From contig JAGOSX010000001.1 in the NCBI GenBank assembly GCA_018062065.1, positions 31,070 to 95,069 on the forward strand: DNA of 64,000 bases, given 5' to 3'. Shown in pieces: positions 1 through 9,358 of this stretch (positions within the stretch are counted from its first letter, which is position 1; each line of letters begins with the position of its first letter). The notes beneath the pieces were generated by a model. The model ran no database searches and was not told the origin of the DNA. It was given only the letters and a program-made list of their open reading frames with translations. This DNA is from Minisyncoccota bacterium. GTDB lineage: Bacteria > Patescibacteriota > Minisyncoccia > Phycocordibacterales > UBA9973. A program made the position numbers and the translations under genes.

Positions 1-1712
1 AAGGATGGAGTGGAACTTATTGGCCGGATTGTAAATATAATTATACAGGAGAATGCCAGGAAGGGTGGACTGGAACATATCCAAATTGTAAATTTATCAA
101 AGAATGCCCTCTTGGGACAACTGGAACATATCCAAATTGTAAATTAGATAGTAGTGGCGGAGGAAACGGTAATGGAGGAGATAATGGAAATAACGGAGGG
201 AATGGGGGTGGCGAAAATAATACTGATGGAAATTGTCCGTTAGGTTACACAGGTAATCCTCCTACTTGTGTAGCAAGTACATCTTGCCCAACAGGTTGGA
301 CTGGAACTTGGCCAACTTGTACCTTTGTAGGCGGAGGAAATGGTAATGGAGGAGATAATGGAAATAATAATGGTAATAATGGAGGTAACGGAAACAATAA
401 TACTTGCCCAAATTACACTACTGGAACTTGGCCAACTTGTACCTTTGGTCGAACTTGTCCGGCTGGATTTACTGGAACTTGGCCTGTTTGTACTAGTGGA
501 CCAACTACCAATATCGCACATTGCTCTAATGGGGTTCAAGATTTCGGAGAAACTGCAATAGATATCGGGGGGGGTTGCGGAGGAGTCTATAATTCTGGAT
601 CGACTTGTTTCGATAATATTAAAAACGGAGATGAGACTGGAATAGATGAAGGTGGCCACTGCGGAGATGGACCGAATAATAATGGAGAATATCCTTCTTG
701 TTTCGATAATATTAAAAACGGAGATGAGACTGGAATAGATATCGGAGGACATTGCGGAAATGCAAATACAGGGACTGATTGGGTAGATGTAGTTTTCCCT
801 GACGCAAACGGAACGGGAACAACTACAGGGACTTGTGTGAATGGGCTTTGTAACGGAGATTGGGAAGGTAATTTCCCGGGACAAAATGGACCCTTCTCTG
901 GAAGTTGTAGAGCTGGTCAATACACAGATTGTACCTTTACAGGAAATTGTGTTAATGGGGTTTGTACTGGAACTTGGAACGGTAATTTCCCGGGACAAAA
1001 TGGTCCTTTTGCAGGAACCATAAACGGAGGATTGGGAGATGGTAGAGGTCTCGGAAATAATGATTGGATAGATTCTGTATTCTTAAACTTAGCAGGAGAA
1101 GGAACAATAAATGGTAAATGTGTAAATGGAATTTGTTCTGGTGAATGGAAAGGAGTTTGTCTTGGAGTAAATGGTCCACTTGCAGGAGTATGGAACGGAG
1201 AAGGAGCTACTGGACCTTATACTGGAACAAGGGAAAATAATAAATGTTCTGGAAAATGGAGTGGGGTTATTGCTGGAAATAACGGGGACTTGCTTGGTAA
1301 ATGGAAGGGTGACGGTATAGGAGCAAATGACGGCAAAGAATTATATATTGGTTACGAGGGAATTCCGGATGTTGATGATATTGTTCGTTACCACGAAGGA
1401 ATTGAGCACGTATTTATAAGAAGAATAATGATAAATACTGAACTTGCTCGTCATTATGGATACCAAAAAGGTCAAAATTTACTTCACTTTGCTTGGGATC
1501 TAGCTCATAAATTAGCAAAAGAATTCGGATATGTAGACAACGAAGGTAAAGAAATTCGTGTTAGTCAACCAGACGTCTCTGCCTATCAACTAAGGTTAGT
1601 AGGAGAGAAAATTACAGTCTATGAATATTACCAAAATAAAATTATAGACTTGAGAGACAGAACTACAATCTTTAAAAACAAAAATAATTACGAATATTAT
1701 TTCACTCAATAA
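1..1712 (+). CDS. Secreted Cys/Gly/Asn-rich tandem-repeat protein (5'-truncated by the window edge). Repeated TGT[WY]P-x-C and CFDNIKNGDETGID-x-GGHCG modules, with a non-repetitive C-terminal domain
   Basis: I translated frame 3 by hand from nt 3 and it is open with no stop through to the TAA at 1710-1712. The ORF track starts at the GTG at 837 only because no ATG/GTG/TTG occurs earlier in this frame. The DNA shows direct repeats: ~601-670 vs ~696-765, ~841-905 vs ~955-1020, and a GGNGNGGDNGNN low-complexity unit at ~157-215 and ~330-395. The Cys spacing is regular. Confidence 0.6.
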   Translation, partial: GWSGTYWPDCKYNYTGECQEGWTGTYPNCKFIKECPLGTTGTYPNCKLDSSGGGNGNGGDNGNNGGNGGGENNTDGNCPLGYTGNPPTCVASTSCPTGWTGTWPTCTFVGGGNGNGGDNGNNNGNNGGNGNNNTCPNYTTGTWPTCTFGRTCPAGFTGTWPVCTSGPTTNIAHCSNGVQDFGETAIDIGGGCGGVYNSGSTCFDNIKNGDETGIDEGGHCGDGPNNNGEYPSCFDNIKNGDETGIDIGGHCGNANTGTDWVDVVFPDANGTGTTTGTCVNGLCNGDWEGNFPGQNGPFSGSCRAGQYTDCTFTGNCVNGVCTGTWNGNFPGQNGPFAGTINGGLGDGRGLGNNDWIDSVFLNLAGEGTINGKCVNGICSGEWKGVCLGVNGPLAGVWNGEGATGPYTGTRENNKCSGKWSGVIAGNNGDLLGKWKGDGIGANDGKELYIGYEGIPDVDDIVRYHEGIEHVFIRRIMINTELARHYGYQKGQNLLHFAWDLAHKLAKEFGYVDNEGKEIRVSQPDVSAYQLRLVGEKITVYEYYQNKIIDLRDRTTIFKNKNNYEYYFTQ

Positions 1713-1771
1713 ATTTAAAAACTCTCTATGTAAATAGAGAGTTTTTAAATTACTAATTTTACACAAAAGCA

Positions 1772-1803
1772 CTAGCCCCGTCAGTCGCGACTGACGGGGC
1801 TAG
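1772..1803. repeat. Perfect GC-rich palindrome ctagccccgtcagtcgcgactgacggggctag (family A copy 1), followed by a T-rich tract. Likely doubles as a terminator for the upstream gene
   Basis: Read directly from the sequence. It is a 32-nt perfect inverted repeat in an AT-rich intergenic region. Four related copies occur elsewhere in the window. Confidence 0.6.
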
Positions 1804-1844
1804 TATATATAATTTTATTTTGGTAAAATATTATATATAAATAG

Positions 1845-4313
1845 ATGAAAAAAATTTTTTCAAAAATTTTAATTGCTATCCTAATTTTAGGCTTTTTATT
1901 CGCACCAGTAACTCCAAAAATCGATATTCAAAATCATTTTAGTTTAGTAAAAAATGAAGTATTTGCGGAAGATATTTATTATTACATCATTCTAGCAGTT
2001 GATGGTATTAAATCGGTAGAAAAAACAACATTAAATTTATGCCAAGAAGCTAGAGACGAAAACTTAAAAAGTGGGACTTCTGTAAAAACTCCTTGTTTAA
2101 AAGCAACAAGTCGTGCAGAAATTGATGCCAAAATCGCTGAAATAAAAACAGAAACTACTCAACAAGAAATTACGGAGATTAACAAAACTTATGACGGCGT
2201 TCTTGGTGATAATTTTTTTAATTGTGAAGCTAGTACAATTTTTACAAATTGTTTAGTAGCAGGTCTTTACCATGTATTTTTTAGTTTATCAGCATTTTTA
2301 GCGAGTTTATCAGCAAGAATTTTAGATTACTTTGTATTTTATGCATTGGATAGTGATAGCTATAAAGGTGACTTTATTACACTAGGTTGGGCACTAGTTA
2401 GAGATATCTCTAATATACTTTTTATAATAGCTTTGCTTTATGTTGCAGGTAAAACAGTCTTAGGATTAAATACTTCTAATAATAAAAAGATAATAGGCAT
2501 GGTTATACTTATGGCGCTATTAATTAACTTTAGTTTATTTATAAGTAAAGTGGTGATTGATATTTCAAATATAGTAGCTAGAGTTTTTTATGCAAATATA
2601 GAAAACGTGGATCAGTCTGGTAATCAAAACGTAGCAGGTTATTCAGATGCAGATGGAACTACTGGTAAATCAATAAGTGTTGGACTTGTTGCACAATTTG
2701 ATCCTCAAAAGATTTTTCAAAATAGTGGAATTCCTCAATTAGTAGATGGCACAGTAGGTCCTTTTGCTATTGTTTTAATACTTTCTATTATTTTAATGTT
2801 TTATATGACTTATATGTTTTTATCTGTAGCTTTCGTTTTTATTGGTAGAGTTGCAATGCTTTGGATTTTAATGATTTTTTCTCCTTTAGCTTTTGTGTCA
2901 AATACGGTTCCTGATTTTAAAATACCTAAATTTAATTTTAGAGAATGGAAAAGCGAATTATTTAATCAATCGTTTTTAGCTCCTATATTTGTATTCTTTT
3001 TATACTTAATAATATCCTTTGGAAAATTACCGGTAGTTTCTGATGTTATAGATCCAAATACTTTAAATAATGTGGGAGGAACAGCAACAAATGGTACGTT
3101 AAACACATTTATGAAAATATTTATACCGTTCATTATAATCTTTACTTTAGTAAAAATTGCCAAAGATACAACTATAAAAATGGCAGGGGAGCTAGCATCA
3201 GGTATGAGTAAGTGGGGAACAATATTAGGTGCAGGAGCTTTAACCTTAGGAACCGCAGGGACTGCTTTTCTTGGCAGACAAGTAGCAGGAAGATCTGCGG
3301 CTGCATTAAGTAAAAGAGAAGGTGCAATGGAATATGGTACAGAAAGAGCTAAATATAGAGAGAATTTAGATGCATGGAAAGCTAGTGATAAAAAGACTAG
3401 AGGCGCTAGACCAACGTGGGAACAACACAAGACTGATTATACAGTTAAAACTGGTAATACACTCACAGACAGTTTCTTAACTAAAGTTGGAGGTAGGATT
3501 AATGCGGCACAAATTAGAAATAAGAAAATTGATCATGGTGCTCATGAATACGAAGATATTAAAAAGAAAGCTGGCTTAGAAGGAGTATCAGATTCAAATA
3601 TTAGCGCAGTAGAAGAAAGTAAGATGATTGAATTATTTATTAAAGATAAGAAAAATGATATTCAAAGTGAAATTAGAAGTGGTAATGCAAAAGATCATTC
3701 AGGTAATGCTATAGAAGGAGAAAATGAATTTAATATTAGAAACAGAAAATCTATTGCTGATAAAATAGGCGGAGCTCCAGGAAGTGCAGAAAGAGCGCAA
3801 GCTATTGCTGATGGTGATTTTGATAAAAAAACAAACAATCTAACAGATCAAGGAAGAAAGAAGGTTGATGAAACCCTAAAAATTGAATTTAACAAAGTGT
3901 TAGAAAAAACCACTAAAGAAGTTGGTAAAGAAAAATTTGAGCATTTTAGAACAGAAGCAAGATCAAAAACAAATATCATTGATAGAATAACTGCAAAATC
4001 TAGTTCTGGAAGTTATGATATGACTAAAATTAACTTTGAAGATAAACGAGCAAATATGATAAGTAAAGGAGTACTTGCAACCTTAGGAGTTATTGCATTA
4101 GGATTAAGAACTGGTTTAAAAAATATAAATTTAAATCCAGCAAAAGGCCAAGGTGACATAACAAAAGATTTAGCAAATATAATTAGTACTACTATAAAAG
4201 ATATTGGTAAAAACATAAAAATTGATGTTGGTGGCGGGCATGGTGGAGGTGGTGGACATGACAAAGGTGGACATGATGATCACGGTGGCGGGCATGGTGG
4301 AGGACATCATTAA
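1845..4313 (+). CDS. VirB6/TrbL-like polytopic membrane protein. It has a signal peptide, an N-terminal Cys-containing soluble region, a long K/E-rich C-terminal extension, and a terminal Gly/His-rich tail
   Basis: 822 aa. The N-terminal hydrophobic leader is MKKIFSKILIAILILGFLFA. At least six hydrophobic helices lie between about aa 130 and 440. The C-terminal ~350 aa is hydrophilic. The tail reads GGGHGGGGGHDKGGHDDHGGGHGGGHH. Its position at the head of a VirB4-containing locus supports the call. Confidence 0.45.
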   Translation: MKKIFSKILIAILILGFLFAPVTPKIDIQNHFSLVKNEVFAEDIYYYIILAVDGIKSVEKTTLNLCQEARDENLKSGTSVKTPCLKATSRAEIDAKIAEIKTETTQQEITEINKTYDGVLGDNFFNCEASTIFTNCLVAGLYHVFFSLSAFLASLSARILDYFVFYALDSDSYKGDFITLGWALVRDISNILFIIALLYVAGKTVLGLNTSNNKKIIGMVILMALLINFSLFISKVVIDISNIVARVFYANIENVDQSGNQNVAGYSDADGTTGKSISVGLVAQFDPQKIFQNSGIPQLVDGTVGPFAIVLILSIILMFYMTYMFLSVAFVFIGRVAMLWILMIFSPLAFVSNTVPDFKIPKFNFREWKSELFNQSFLAPIFVFFLYLIISFGKLPVVSDVIDPNTLNNVGGTATNGTLNTFMKIFIPFIIIFTLVKIAKDTTIKMAGELASGMSKWGTILGAGALTLGTAGTAFLGRQVAGRSAAALSKREGAMEYGTERAKYRENLDAWKASDKKTRGARPTWEQHKTDYTVKTGNTLTDSFLTKVGGRINAAQIRNKKIDHGAHEYEDIKKKAGLEGVSDSNISAVEESKMIELFIKDKKNDIQSEIRSGNAKDHSGNAIEGENEFNIRNRKSIADKIGGAPGSAERAQAIADGDFDKKTNNLTDQGRKKVDETLKIEFNKVLEKTTKEVGKEKFEHFRTEARSKTNIIDRITAKSSSGSYDMTKINFEDKRANMISKGVLATLGVIALGLRTGLKNINLNPAKGQGDITKDLANIISTTIKDIGKNIKIDVGGGHGGGGGHDKGGHDDHGGGHGGGHH

Positions 4314-4382
4314 AAATTAGATTTTAATAATAAGTTACTAAATTATAAAAAAGTTTTGGTTTATAAGATTTAAGTAAAATAT

Positions 4383-5345
4383 ATGGATCAACAAGAATTA
4401 CAAAGAACAATAGCAAAATATTATCAAAAGCTTCCAGAAAAAGCAGGTGAGTATTTTGCTAGTATGAACTGGTTAGAAATTTTAAAAGGAATTAAAGAGA
4501 AAAATAATTTATCAGAATCTCAAATAGAAACTTTAAGTATAGAAACTACACTACTTTTACTTGCAGTAATTAATAAAGAAGAGTATGAAGCAATTTTAGA
4601 AAAAGATTTAGAATTAGAAAGAAATAAATTAGATTTAATTTTAAAAGAAATAGATGCTTATATCTTTAATAATATTGGATTAGAATTAAGAGAAACTTTT
4701 GAAAAGAATCAAGATGAATCAATAATAGGAAATGAAATAGAAGAAAATACTGAGGTTTTAAAAGATATTACTGAGTTAGCAAATAAAATAGAAGAGAAAC
4801 CAAAAATTTTATCTAATGAAAACGAAAGTAAGGTAGAGCTCATCGTAGGTGAATTAAATCATGAAGAGAAAGTATATCAAATAGGCAGGGAAAATAATCT
4901 CACTATTGCTCAAATCACCAAACTAGATGAAATCGTAAGTGACATTTTAAACGGAAAAATATTTGGTGATCAATTCCTTAATGCTTTAAATGCTTTAAAT
5001 TTAGACGAAGATAAAAAGAAAAATATTGCCAGTAGAATAAATAATGAAGTTTTCAAAGAAATCCGAAATCGCATGATGGGTAAAGTCTTAGAAAATAAAG
5101 GAGCTCAAGAACAAATAGTAAAAAAAGAAGAAATTGAACCTATGATACCAGTAATTAATAAAAACCCCGAAGAAATTGCATTAGAAAAAAAAATTATTGA
5201 AGATAAAAAAATAACAAGCAGTATAATAAATCAAAAACTCGGTAGTCAAGTCAAAAGTAACATAACAGACAGCGTACACTCATTACCAAACCTAAACGAA
5301 AATGCAAATAAAAAAATAGATCCTTATAGAGAAATTCCGGAATAA
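4383..5345 (+). CDS. Acidic, K/E-rich coiled-coil hypothetical protein (T4SS-locus associated)
   Basis: 320 aa with no TM segment. The composition is strongly E/K/I/L-biased with heptad-like periodicity. Confidence 0.4.
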   Translation: MDQQELQRTIAKYYQKLPEKAGEYFASMNWLEILKGIKEKNNLSESQIETLSIETTLLLLAVINKEEYEAILEKDLELERNKLDLILKEIDAYIFNNIGLELRETFEKNQDESIIGNEIEENTEVLKDITELANKIEEKPKILSNENESKVELIVGELNHEEKVYQIGRENNLTIAQITKLDEIVSDILNGKIFGDQFLNALNALNLDEDKKKNIASRINNEVFKEIRNRMMGKVLENKGAQEQIVKKEEIEPMIPVINKNPEEIALEKKIIEDKKITSSIINQKLGSQVKSNITDSVHSLPNLNENANKKIDPYREIPE

Positions 5346-5383
5346 GATTTCATAATTTTGATTTTTTTGTTTATAATTAATAT

Positions 5384-5800
5384 ATGCAATTTAAAGTTCC
5401 ACAATTCTTAGACATAGAAGATAAAATATTTGGACCTTTTACTTTTAGCCAATTTGCTTATTTAGCAGGAGGCGCAGGTATTAGTTATTTTTTATATAAA
5501 ATTTTAGGATTTTGGTTAGGAATTATTCCCATTTTATTTATAATATCTTTAGCTTTGGCTTTAACTTTTTATAGACCCAACGATAAACCTTTTGTGGACA
5601 TGATAGAATCAGCTTTTAGTTATATGTTTAATAGCAAACTTTATATATGGCAAAGAGATAAAATAGAAAAGAAAGAAGTCTTTAAAAAAGAAAAAGAAGA
5701 GGAAGAAATTATTCATAATCCTAAATTAAACAAAAGTAAATTAAGAGATTTAGCATGGAGTTTAGATATATTAGATTTTAAAAAAGAAAAACAAGAATAA
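5384..5800 (+). CDS. Small 2-TM membrane protein, candidate VirB3/PrgI-like component
   Basis: 138 aa. Two hydrophobic helices (AYLAGGAGISYFLYKILGFWLGIIPILFIISLALAL) are followed by a charged tail. It sits immediately upstream of the VirB4 ORFs, as VirB3 does in minimal T4SSs. Confidence 0.35.
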   Translation: MQFKVPQFLDIEDKIFGPFTFSQFAYLAGGAGISYFLYKILGFWLGIIPILFIISLALALTFYRPNDKPFVDMIESAFSYMFNSKLYIWQRDKIEKKEVFKKEKEEEEIIHNPKLNKSKLRDLAWSLDILDFKKEKQE

Positions 5801-5803
5801 TTT

Positions 5804-6454
5804 ATGGCAATTAATGCAAGACCAACTCAAGAATTCGTCCCAATTAAAGAAATTAGAGACGGTGTAATAGAACTAAAAGACGGCGGGCTACGCGCTATCG
5901 TTTTGGCGAATTCTATTAACTTATCTTTAAAATCAGGAGAAGAACAAAAAGCTATAATTTTACAATTTCAAAATTTTTTAAATACCTTAGATTTTTCAGT
6001 TCAAGTATGTATTGAATCAAGAAGATTAGATATTAGACCATATCTATTATTACTCGAAAATCGAATGAAAATTCAAAATGAACCACTAATGAAACTTCAA
6101 ACCAAAGAATATATGGAATTTATTCGTAATTTTACAGAAAGCGTAAATATTATGACCAAAAGCTTTTTTATTGTTGTACCTTATAGTGAAAATACATTTA
6201 TACCTTCAAATAATAATGTTTTAGATAATTTATTTAAAAAGAAGAGTAATGAAGAAAAAAAATTAGCAGAAAAAATGGATTTTGAGGAAAAAAGATCTCA
6301 ACTTGAGCAAAGAGTAAGTATTATTCAACAAGGATTAAACCGTTGTGGTATCAAATCTGCTCAATTAGGGACAGAAGAAGCGGTTGAGGTGTTTTATAAA
6401 GTCTTTAATCCAGGAGAACTAGAAGGAAAGATAGAACTTGAAGGTCAAAACTAA
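5804..6454 (+). CDS. VirB4/TraC-family ATPase, N-terminal domain fragment (gene split into two ORFs)
   Basis: 216 aa. QEFVPIKEIRDGVIELKDGGLRAIVLANSINLSLKSGEEQKAIILQFQNFLNTLDFSVQVCIESRRLDI matches the characteristic N-terminus of Gram-positive VirB4 proteins (Tn916 Orf16, TcpF and PrgJ type). It terminates at TAA 6452-6454. Confidence 0.55.
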   Translation: MAINARPTQEFVPIKEIRDGVIELKDGGLRAIVLANSINLSLKSGEEQKAIILQFQNFLNTLDFSVQVCIESRRLDIRPYLLLLENRMKIQNEPLMKLQTKEYMEFIRNFTESVNIMTKSFFIVVPYSENTFIPSNNNVLDNLFKKKSNEEKKLAEKMDFEEKRSQLEQRVSIIQQGLNRCGIKSAQLGTEEAVEVFYKVFNPGELEGKIELEGQN

Positions 6455-6519
6455 AAACAAAAACTAGAACTAAATATTTATTTATATTATAATTGATATA
6501 GGTTTTTAATAACTATATT

Positions 6520-8364
6520 ATGGGAATTTTTGATACATTATTTGGTAAAAAAGAAAATAAAAACAAAACAGAAGTTGATACTTCTATGCTTTCGGTATTA
6601 CCTGAGCAAATTTATGAATCTGCAACATTAGAACTCAAAGATATAATTGCTCCTTCAGCCTTAAAAATAGAAAGTAAATCTATAAGTTTAGGCGACAAAA
6701 TAGCTAGAACTTTTTTTATAATATCTTATCCTAGATATTTAATTGATAACTGGTTTTCTCCTATCATAAATTTAGATAAAATATTTGATGTATCAATTTT
6801 TATACATCCAATAGACACTTCAATAATATTAAGACAATTCCAAAAAAAGGTAGCCGAAGTTCAAAGTCAAATCAATGATCGTGAAGCACGAGGTATGGTA
6901 CGTGACCCAATGCTAGATACAGCTTATCAAGACTTAGAAGGACTTAGAGATAGCCTAATCCAAGCCCAAGAAAAGATGTTTGACGTGGGGGTTTATATCA
7001 CAGTCTATGCTGATAATGAACTTGAATTATATAAAACAGAAAATGAAATCAAATCTGTACTTGAATCTAAATTAATTTATCTTAAACCAGCTCTTTTTCA
7101 GCAAGAAGACGGTTTTAAAAGTGTTATTCCAATAGGTACAGATTTATTATCTATAAATCAAAAATTAAACTCTGAACCTCTATCGTCTATTTTTCCTTTT
7201 GTTTCTTTTGATTTAACTTCTGACAAAGGAATACTTTATGGTATTAATCGTCACAATTCTAGTTTGGTAATTTTTGATAGATTTTCACTTGAAAACTACA
7301 ACTCAGTAACTTTTGCTAAATCTGGAAGTGGAAAAAGCTATGCAACAAAATTAGAGATTCTCAGATCTTTAATGTTTGATATAGATGTAATAGTTATAGA
7401 CCCAGAGAGGGAATACGAATATTTATCTGAAGCTGTAGGTGGTAGGTACTTTAATATTTCTCTTTCTTCTGATCACCATATAAATCCTTTTGATTTACCT
7501 ATACCTCGTGACGATGAAACTCCAGCTGATGTGCTAAGATCTAACATTATTAATTTGGTTGGTCTTTTTAGATTAATGCTAGGAGGACTTAGCCCAGAAG
7601 AAGATGCATTAGTAGATAGAGCAATATCTGAAACTTATGCTATTAAAGATATTACTCCTGAATCTGATTTTTCTAACATTGAACCGCCTCTACTTTCTGA
7701 TTTTGAGATGGTTCTTTCTGGTATGGAAGGCTCTGAATCAGTAGTCCAAAGATTAGCAAAATACACAAAGGGCTCTTGGTCTACTTTTATCAATAGACCT
7801 TCAAACGTAGATATCAACAAAAAATTCGTGGTTTTTTCAGTTCGCGACATGGAAGACGAATTAAAACCTATAGCTATGTATATAGTTACTCATTTTATAT
7901 GGAATACTATACGCAAAACTTTAAAGAAAAGACTTCTTGTAGTGGACGAGGCTTGGTGGATGATGAAATCTGAAGACACCGCTTCTTTCTTATATTCCTT
8001 AGCTAAAAGGGGAAGAAAATATTACCTGGGACTAGCAACTATCACTCAAGACGCTGCTGACTTTATGAAGTCTCCATATGGAGTGCCTATTATTACCAAC
8101 TCTTCAATTCAATTATTGCTAAAGCAAAGTCCTAGTACCATAGATATATTGCAAAAAACCTTTAACCTTACTGATGAAGAAAAATATCTATTACTGGAAT
8201 CTGGGGTAGGAGAAGGCATCTTCTTTGCTGGATTAAAGCACGTTGCTATTAAAGTTGTAGCGTCTTATACTGAAGATCAAATTATCACCTCAGACCCATC
8301 TCAAATACTATCTATTAAAAAGGAAAGAGAAGACCTTGAAAATGTAGAAATGAATAATAGTTAA
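6520..8364 (+). CDS. VirB4/TraC-family conjugation/T4SS ATPase, C-terminal part containing the ATPase domain
   Basis: 614 aa. Walker A is GSGKSYATK. Walker B/DExx-like motifs are VIVIDPEREY and LLVVDEAWWM. LGDKIARTFFIISYPRYLIDNWFSPI is a typical VirB4 middle region. The two ORFs together total 830 aa, matching a full-length VirB4. Confidence 0.75.
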   Translation: MGIFDTLFGKKENKNKTEVDTSMLSVLPEQIYESATLELKDIIAPSALKIESKSISLGDKIARTFFIISYPRYLIDNWFSPIINLDKIFDVSIFIHPIDTSIILRQFQKKVAEVQSQINDREARGMVRDPMLDTAYQDLEGLRDSLIQAQEKMFDVGVYITVYADNELELYKTENEIKSVLESKLIYLKPALFQQEDGFKSVIPIGTDLLSINQKLNSEPLSSIFPFVSFDLTSDKGILYGINRHNSSLVIFDRFSLENYNSVTFAKSGSGKSYATKLEILRSLMFDIDVIVIDPEREYEYLSEAVGGRYFNISLSSDHHINPFDLPIPRDDETPADVLRSNIINLVGLFRLMLGGLSPEEDALVDRAISETYAIKDITPESDFSNIEPPLLSDFEMVLSGMEGSESVVQRLAKYTKGSWSTFINRPSNVDINKKFVVFSVRDMEDELKPIAMYIVTHFIWNTIRKTLKKRLLVVDEAWWMMKSEDTASFLYSLAKRGRKYYLGLATITQDAADFMKSPYGVPIITNSSIQLLLKQSPSTIDILQKTFNLTDEEKYLLLESGVGEGIFFAGLKHVAIKVVASYTEDQIITSDPSQILSIKKEREDLENVEMNNS

Positions 8365-8380
8365 TGTTATAATTAACTCA

Positions 8381-9358
8381 ATGATAAAAAAGGTTTTTAT
8401 TATAATAATTGCTTTTCTATTCTTAACGAATAGTAATTTCGCTTTTGCTCAACTTTCTAGTGGAGATATAACTTTAATCACAAACCCTTCTTACCCAAAA
8501 GCAGGTGAAACTGTAACCGCAAAAATTGAAAGTTATACTGTAGATTTAAATAAATCTTATATAATCTGGAAATTAAACGATGAAACTAGGCTAAACGGTA
8601 TAGGCAAAAATGAATTTAACTTTACTCTAGGAGAGACAAGTTCTAAAAATGATATTTCTGTTACCATAGAAACCTTAGACGGTAAAACTTTCACTAAAAA
8701 CCTCAGTTTATCAGGTGCGGACTTAGATTTGCTTTGGGAAGCGATAAATTCATACGCACCTCCTTTTTATAAAGGGAAAATTTTATTTAGCAGAGAAGGA
8801 GAAATTAAAGTAACTGCAATACCTAATATTCATAACGGTCAAAATAAAATTAGTCCGAACACTCTATCTTATGCTTGGGAGAAGGATGGAAATAGGGATT
8901 TAAAAGCATCAGGTTTTGGAAAAACTTATTTTAATTATAAAAATAGTTTTTTGGATAAATCAAACGAAATACAAGTAACAGTTTCAGATATTAATAGTAA
9001 CACCGAATTAAATCAAAGTATTAGAATCACCCCCACAGAACCTAAAATTATTTTATATAAAAAAGAAGGGGATGAAATAAAAACTAATAACAGTATTAAA
9101 AATAACTATTTTATTAGAAAAGAAGGTGAAAATATTGTTGCATTACCTTATTTCTTTTCTCCTAAAAATTTATTTTTGAGTGACTTAAAAATAAATTGGT
9201 TTGTAAACGGTGAACAAATTTTAAATCCAATAGCTAAGAACGAATTATTTATAAAACCAGCGGAAGGCAAAAACGGGGAGGCAAATCTTCGGGTTATTAT
9301 TGAAAATTTAACAACCCTTTTCCAAACCAAAGATAAAAACTTAATTTTTAATTTTTAA
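8381..9358 (+). CDS. Secreted beta-rich hypothetical protein of the T4SS-like locus
   Basis: 325 aa. The signal peptide is MIKKVFIIIIAFLFLTNSNFAFAQ. The composition is N/K/T-rich and no catalytic motif was recognised. Confidence 0.4.
   Translation: MIKKVFIIIIAFLFLTNSNFAFAQLSSGDITLITNPSYPKAGETVTAKIESYTVDLNKSYIIWKLNDETRLNGIGKNEFNFTLGETSSKNDISVTIETLDGKTFTKNLSLSGADLDLLWEAINSYAPPFYKGKILFSREGEIKVTAIPNIHNGQNKISPNTLSYAWEKDGNRDLKASGFGKTYFNYKNSFLDKSNEIQVTVSDINSNTELNQSIRITPTEPKIILYKKEGDEIKTNNSIKNNYFIRKEGENIVALPYFFSPKNLFLSDLKINWFVNGEQILNPIAKNELFIKPAEGKNGEANLRVIIENLTTLFQTKDKNLIFNF

Noticed and set aside
240-998. 252-aa minus-strand ORF (S/T/I-rich) opposite the Cys/Gly-rich repeat gene
   Set aside because: It is antisense to a frame that is open from the window start to 1712 and has internally consistent repeat modules. 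Its composition is the mirror image of GGN/AAT-rich codons, a typical shadow ORF.
340-1179. Small ORFs 340-561(+), 841-1023(+) and 952-1179(-) inside the repeat protein gene
   Set aside because: These are alternative frames of the same low-complexity repeats, with no independent support.
2966-4264. Antisense ORFs 2966-3430(-) and 4013-4264(-) within the VirB6-like gene
   Set aside because: They lie opposite a long ORF with coherent TM topology. The second is just the complement of the Gly/His tail (poly-Pro/Cys).
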